A DNA stretch of 62,480 nt, counting the filler. It is 3 parts of 3 records of this genome, joined end to end, with 100 filler letters (N's around TTAATTAATTAA, not from the genome) between each part and the next. Parts side by side here need not be neighbours in the genome. Positions count along the whole stretch, not along the records: positions 42,026 to 62,480 come from DRR378314_132; 2 more parts are not named here. One strand, written 5' to 3'. The number at the start of each line of letters is the position of its first letter. The first letter of the stretch is position 1. The position numbers and the translations under genes are program-made. The notes under the pieces were generated by a model. That model saw only the letters and a list, made by a program, of their open reading frames with translations, ran no database searches and was not told the origin of the DNA. Of this stretch, positions 59,479 to 62,480 are shown one piece after another.

Positions 59479-61529
59479 TGGCGCGCATCTACCAGATCCC
59501 CAGCCACGCCCGCGGCTGGCTCACCCTGGCGATCATCGCCGCGTCGCTGCCGCAGCTGTGGGGCGGCCCCCTGTGGCAGGCCGGGCTGCTCGCCCTGGTG
59601 CTGGGCTGGCGTGCCCTGATGGACCGCCAGCGGCTGGTGCTGCCCGGGCGCATCCTGCGCCTGGTGCTGCTGGTGGCCACCGTGGCCGCCACCTTCTACA
59701 GCTTCGGCCGTCTGCACGGGCCGGAGGCGGGCACCGCGTTGATCACCAGCCTGTTCGCGCTGAAATACCTGGAGCTGGTCAGCAAGCGCGACGCCTATGT
59801 GCTGATCGTGCTCGGCTATTTCGTGTGCGCCACCATCCTGCTGTTCCACCGCGGGCCGGCCATGGCGCTCTACGTGATCGGTTGCCTGATTCTGCTCACC
59901 GCCAGCCTGGCGGGCATCAACTACAGCGACACCCACGCCCGCCGCCGCCAGCACCTGTCGGTGGCGGCGGTGATGGTGCTGCAGGCGCTGCCGCTGGCCA
60001 TCGCCCTGTTCGTGCTGGTGCCGCGCATCGCGCCGCTGTGGAACATGCAGCTGGACAGCGGCCAGGCGCGCACCGGCATGAGCGACAGCATGTCGCCGGG
60101 GCAGGTCAGCCGCCTCACCGAATCCAGCGAGCTGGCGTTCCGGGTCCAGTTCGAGGGCGAGCCGCCGCCGCCCCGGGAGCGCTACTGGCGTGGCCTCACC
60201 TACAGCTACTTCGACGGCACTACCTGGCGCCAGGCCAGTCCGCCCGGCTGGGAGCGGGAGCAGCTGTTCTACGGCGGCCGAGGGCCGTCGCCGGACTGGT
60301 ACCGCGCCCTGATCGACGCCGCCGCCGACCGCACCGGTTACCGCTACCGTGTGATCATGGAGCCCTCCCGGCAGCGCTGGCTGTACGCGCTGGCGGTGCC
60401 GTTCACCGACTTCGACGGCAACGCCCTGGCGCGGGATTTTCGGCTGGTGGCGGACGGCCCGGTCAACGGCGCCTTCAGTTACACCGTGCGCAGCGTGGAC
60501 GTGACCGGCGCGGTGCCGGCCCTCGGCGACGCGGAACGGCGGCTGATGCTGGACCTGCCCGAAGAGGGCAACGCCCAGGCGCGTGCCCTGGCCCAGCGCT
60601 GGCGGCAGCGCCACCGGAACGACGGCGCCCTGGTGCAGGCCGCGCTCGGCTATTTCCGCGAGCAGCCGTTCTTCTACACCCTGGAGCCGCCGCGCATCGC
60701 CGGCGACACCGTGGACGAATTCCTGTTCGGCACCCGCCAGGGCTTCTGCGAGCACTACGCCTCCAGCTTCACCTTCCTGATGCGCGCCGCCGGCATCCCC
60801 GCCCGGGTGGTGGCCGGCTACCAGGGCGGCGAAATGAACGCCGGCGACTACCTGCAGGTGCGCCAGTATGACGCCCACGCCTGGGCGGAAGTGTGGCTGC
60901 CCGGTCAGGGCTGGGTGCAGGTGGATCCCACCGCGGCGGTGGCCCCGGAGCGTGTCGAGCTGGGCCTGCGCGGCGCCTTCGACAGCGCCGCCGACGGCGC
61001 CGGCGGTGACTTCGACGGCCTCAACCGCCTGCCGGTGCTGTTCCAGCTGCAGCAGTGGGCCGACTACGTGGACTTCAACTGGCAGAAATGGGTGCTCGGC
61101 TATCGCCAGCAGTCCCAGCGCGATCTGCTGGAGCGCCTGCTCGGCGCGGTAACGCCGCTGCGTGTCGGGCTGGCGCTGCTCGGCGTGGTGCTGGTGTTCA
61201 GCGCCGTGCTCGGGCTGCTGGTGCTCAGCCGCCGCCGGGACACCCCGGTCAGCCCCCTGGAGCGCGAGTTCGCCCGCCTGCACCGCGCCCTGGCCCAGCG
61301 CGGCCTGCGCGCCCCGGACACGGTCTCCGCCGCCCAGCTGGAAGCGGCGGTGACCCGGCGCTGGCCGTCCGCGGCCGGGGCCGCCGGGCACTGGCGCCGC
61401 CTGTTCGAGCATCTCGCCTACCGGGACCAGGGCGCCCCCGGCGCCGCCGACCTGGCCGCCCTGCGGCGCCGTCGCCGCGCCGTGCTGGCGTCGCTGGCGT
61501 CGCTGGCATCGCCACGGAGAGCGCAGTAG
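59478..61529 (+). CDS. tgpA: TgpA-like transglutaminase (DUF3488 plus TGase domain)
   Basis: N-terminal TMs, TGMSDSMSPG, RYWRG, GFCEHYA (Cys), AHAWAEV (His) and VDPT (Asp). TGATG overlap with DUF58. Confidence 0.9.
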   Translation: MARIYQIPSHARGWLTLAIIAASLPQLWGGPLWQAGLLALVLGWRALMDRQRLVLPGRILRLVLLVATVAATFYSFGRLHGPEAGTALITSLFALKYLELVSKRDAYVLIVLGYFVCATILLFHRGPAMALYVIGCLILLTASLAGINYSDTHARRRQHLSVAAVMVLQALPLAIALFVLVPRIAPLWNMQLDSGQARTGMSDSMSPGQVSRLTESSELAFRVQFEGEPPPPRERYWRGLTYSYFDGTTWRQASPPGWEREQLFYGGRGPSPDWYRALIDAAADRTGYRYRVIMEPSRQRWLYALAVPFTDFDGNALARDFRLVADGPVNGAFSYTVRSVDVTGAVPALGDAERRLMLDLPEEGNAQARALAQRWRQRHRNDGALVQAALGYFREQPFFYTLEPPRIAGDTVDEFLFGTRQGFCEHYASSFTFLMRAAGIPARVVAGYQGGEMNAGDYLQVRQYDAHAWAEVWLPGQGWVQVDPTAAVAPERVELGLRGAFDSAADGAGGDFDGLNRLPVLFQLQQWADYVDFNWQKWVLGYRQQSQRDLLERLLGAVTPLRVGLALLGVVLVFSAVLGLLVLSRRRDTPVSPLEREFARLHRALAQRGLRAPDTVSAAQLEAAVTRRWPSAAGAAGHWRRLFEHLAYRDQGAPGAADLAALRRRRRAVLASLASLASPRRAQ

Positions 61530-61566
61530 GCTCTTGGCTGGCACGCTGAATAACAAGGAGAACAGC

Positions 61567-62355
61567 ATGGCCGTGGCCCGCTACAAGCAAGCGCTGACGC
61601 TCACCGAACACGCCCCCTGGGCACAACGGTTCTGGGACGCCCTGGTGCCGCTCAAGGACCGCGTCGCCCGCCATCCCCTGTTCGTGGAAATGGGCGACGG
61701 CTCGCTCTCCCTGGGCCGCTTCCGCGACGCGCTGCTGCACTTCTACCCGCTTGTGGAGAATTTCCCCAAATACATGGGCCTGGCCCTGGCGAAAACCCGG
61801 CCCGGCCTGTACCCCGGCCACGAAGAGACCAAAAACTGGCTGATCGGCAACATCAAGATCGAGCAGCGCCACGCCTACTGGTACCAGGACTGGGCCGCCG
61901 GCTTCGGCCTCGACACCGAACGCCTGGAATGCACCCGTCCACCGGCGGCCATGGACGCGGTCAACCAGTTCCTGTGGGCCACCGGCCACCAGGGCACCCT
62001 GGAAGAGAGCATCGCCGCCACCAACCTGGCCATCGAATGGGCCACCGGCGAATGGAGCCAGCGTGTGGTCAGCGGCATGAAGCACTACGCCGAGCAAGGC
62101 AGCGCCAACATCAACCGCCACACCATGGCCTGGCTGCGCGCCCACGCCAGCTACGACGACGCCCACCCCCACGAGGCCATGGAGCTGGTCAAGCGCCTGG
62201 CCACGGACCAACCCGCCCGCCAGCGCGCCTTCGCCGCCGCCCAGCGGGGCCTGGAGTACTACGTTCTGGCGCTCGACGACTGCTACCGGTTCGGCGAGGA
62301 CAGAGATCAGGAAGCGGTACCGCTGCTTTTTGATGGTCCGGCGGATAGACAATAA
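61567..62355 (+). CDS. undA: Heme-oxygenase-like diiron enzyme (TenA/PqqC fold), UndA-like fatty-acid decarboxylase
   Basis: NIKIEQRHA, IAATNLAIEWATGEWS and WLRAHASYDDAHPHEA match the UndA iron-ligand motifs as I recall them (E-x2-H; E; H-x3-D-x2-H). 262 aa, AAGGAG RBS. Confidence 0.75.
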   Translation: MAVARYKQALTLTEHAPWAQRFWDALVPLKDRVARHPLFVEMGDGSLSLGRFRDALLHFYPLVENFPKYMGLALAKTRPGLYPGHEETKNWLIGNIKIEQRHAYWYQDWAAGFGLDTERLECTRPPAAMDAVNQFLWATGHQGTLEESIAATNLAIEWATGEWSQRVVSGMKHYAEQGSANINRHTMAWLRAHASYDDAHPHEAMELVKRLATDQPARQRAFAAAQRGLEYYVLALDDCYRFGEDRDQEAVPLLFDGPADRQ

Positions 62356-62423
62356 ACGCACCTCCCGAGGCTACGGGAAAGTTCTCTCCAGCCGGGGGCG
62401 CGGGTCTGTGTTATTGCCCTTCC

Positions 62424-62480
62424 GGGAACGCCGCGAGTACGTCCCTGTAGGCTCCCTGTCGGACGTCCTGTCCTCCAGGG
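62424..62480. repeat. Possible dispersed intergenic repeat at the window end (truncated)
   Basis: GGAACGCCGCGAGTACGTCCCTGTAGGCTC...GGACGTCCTGTCC resembles a repeat family I recall from marine Gammaproteobacteria; only one copy is visible here. Confidence 0.35.

Overview
The window is three contigs joined by artificial N-TTAATTAATTAA-N spacers (27654-27753 and 41926-42025). Contigs 1 (1-27653) and 3 (42026-62480) are high-GC Gammaproteobacteria; gene content and order look Alcanivoracaceae-like, which is an inference. Contig 2 (27754-41925) is visibly lower in GC and carries Rhodobacteraceae-type putA, suhB, metR-metF and valS, so the assembly or bin looks chimeric. Contig 1 carries tonB-ubiX-mpl, a MaoC hydratase flanked by inverted 7-bp repeat arrays, an amide-utilisation island, PPi-type phosphofructokinase, a Fur-boxed TonB-dependent receptor/PepSY module, LOG, uraA-upp and ppa. 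The island has urtABCDE-like ABC genes, amiE, amiB, fmdA and fmdB, divergent from a permease-fused, Cys-rich hybrid histidine kinase and a LuxR-type response regulator. Contig 3 is the conserved leuB-asd-usg-fimV-truA-trpFBA-accD-folC-dedD-cvpA-purF-metZ run, followed by moxR-DUF58-tgpA and an UndA-like diiron enzyme. The best candidate for an undescribed system is an amide-sensing 'transceptor' two-component regulon. It has an NCS1/CodB-like permease fused to a kinase, a candidate sigma54 promoter driving the sensor, and a TACGTCA-N2-TGACGTA palindrome at identical spacing in the urtA and fmdA promoters. All calls come from motif recognition by eye; no database searches were run.
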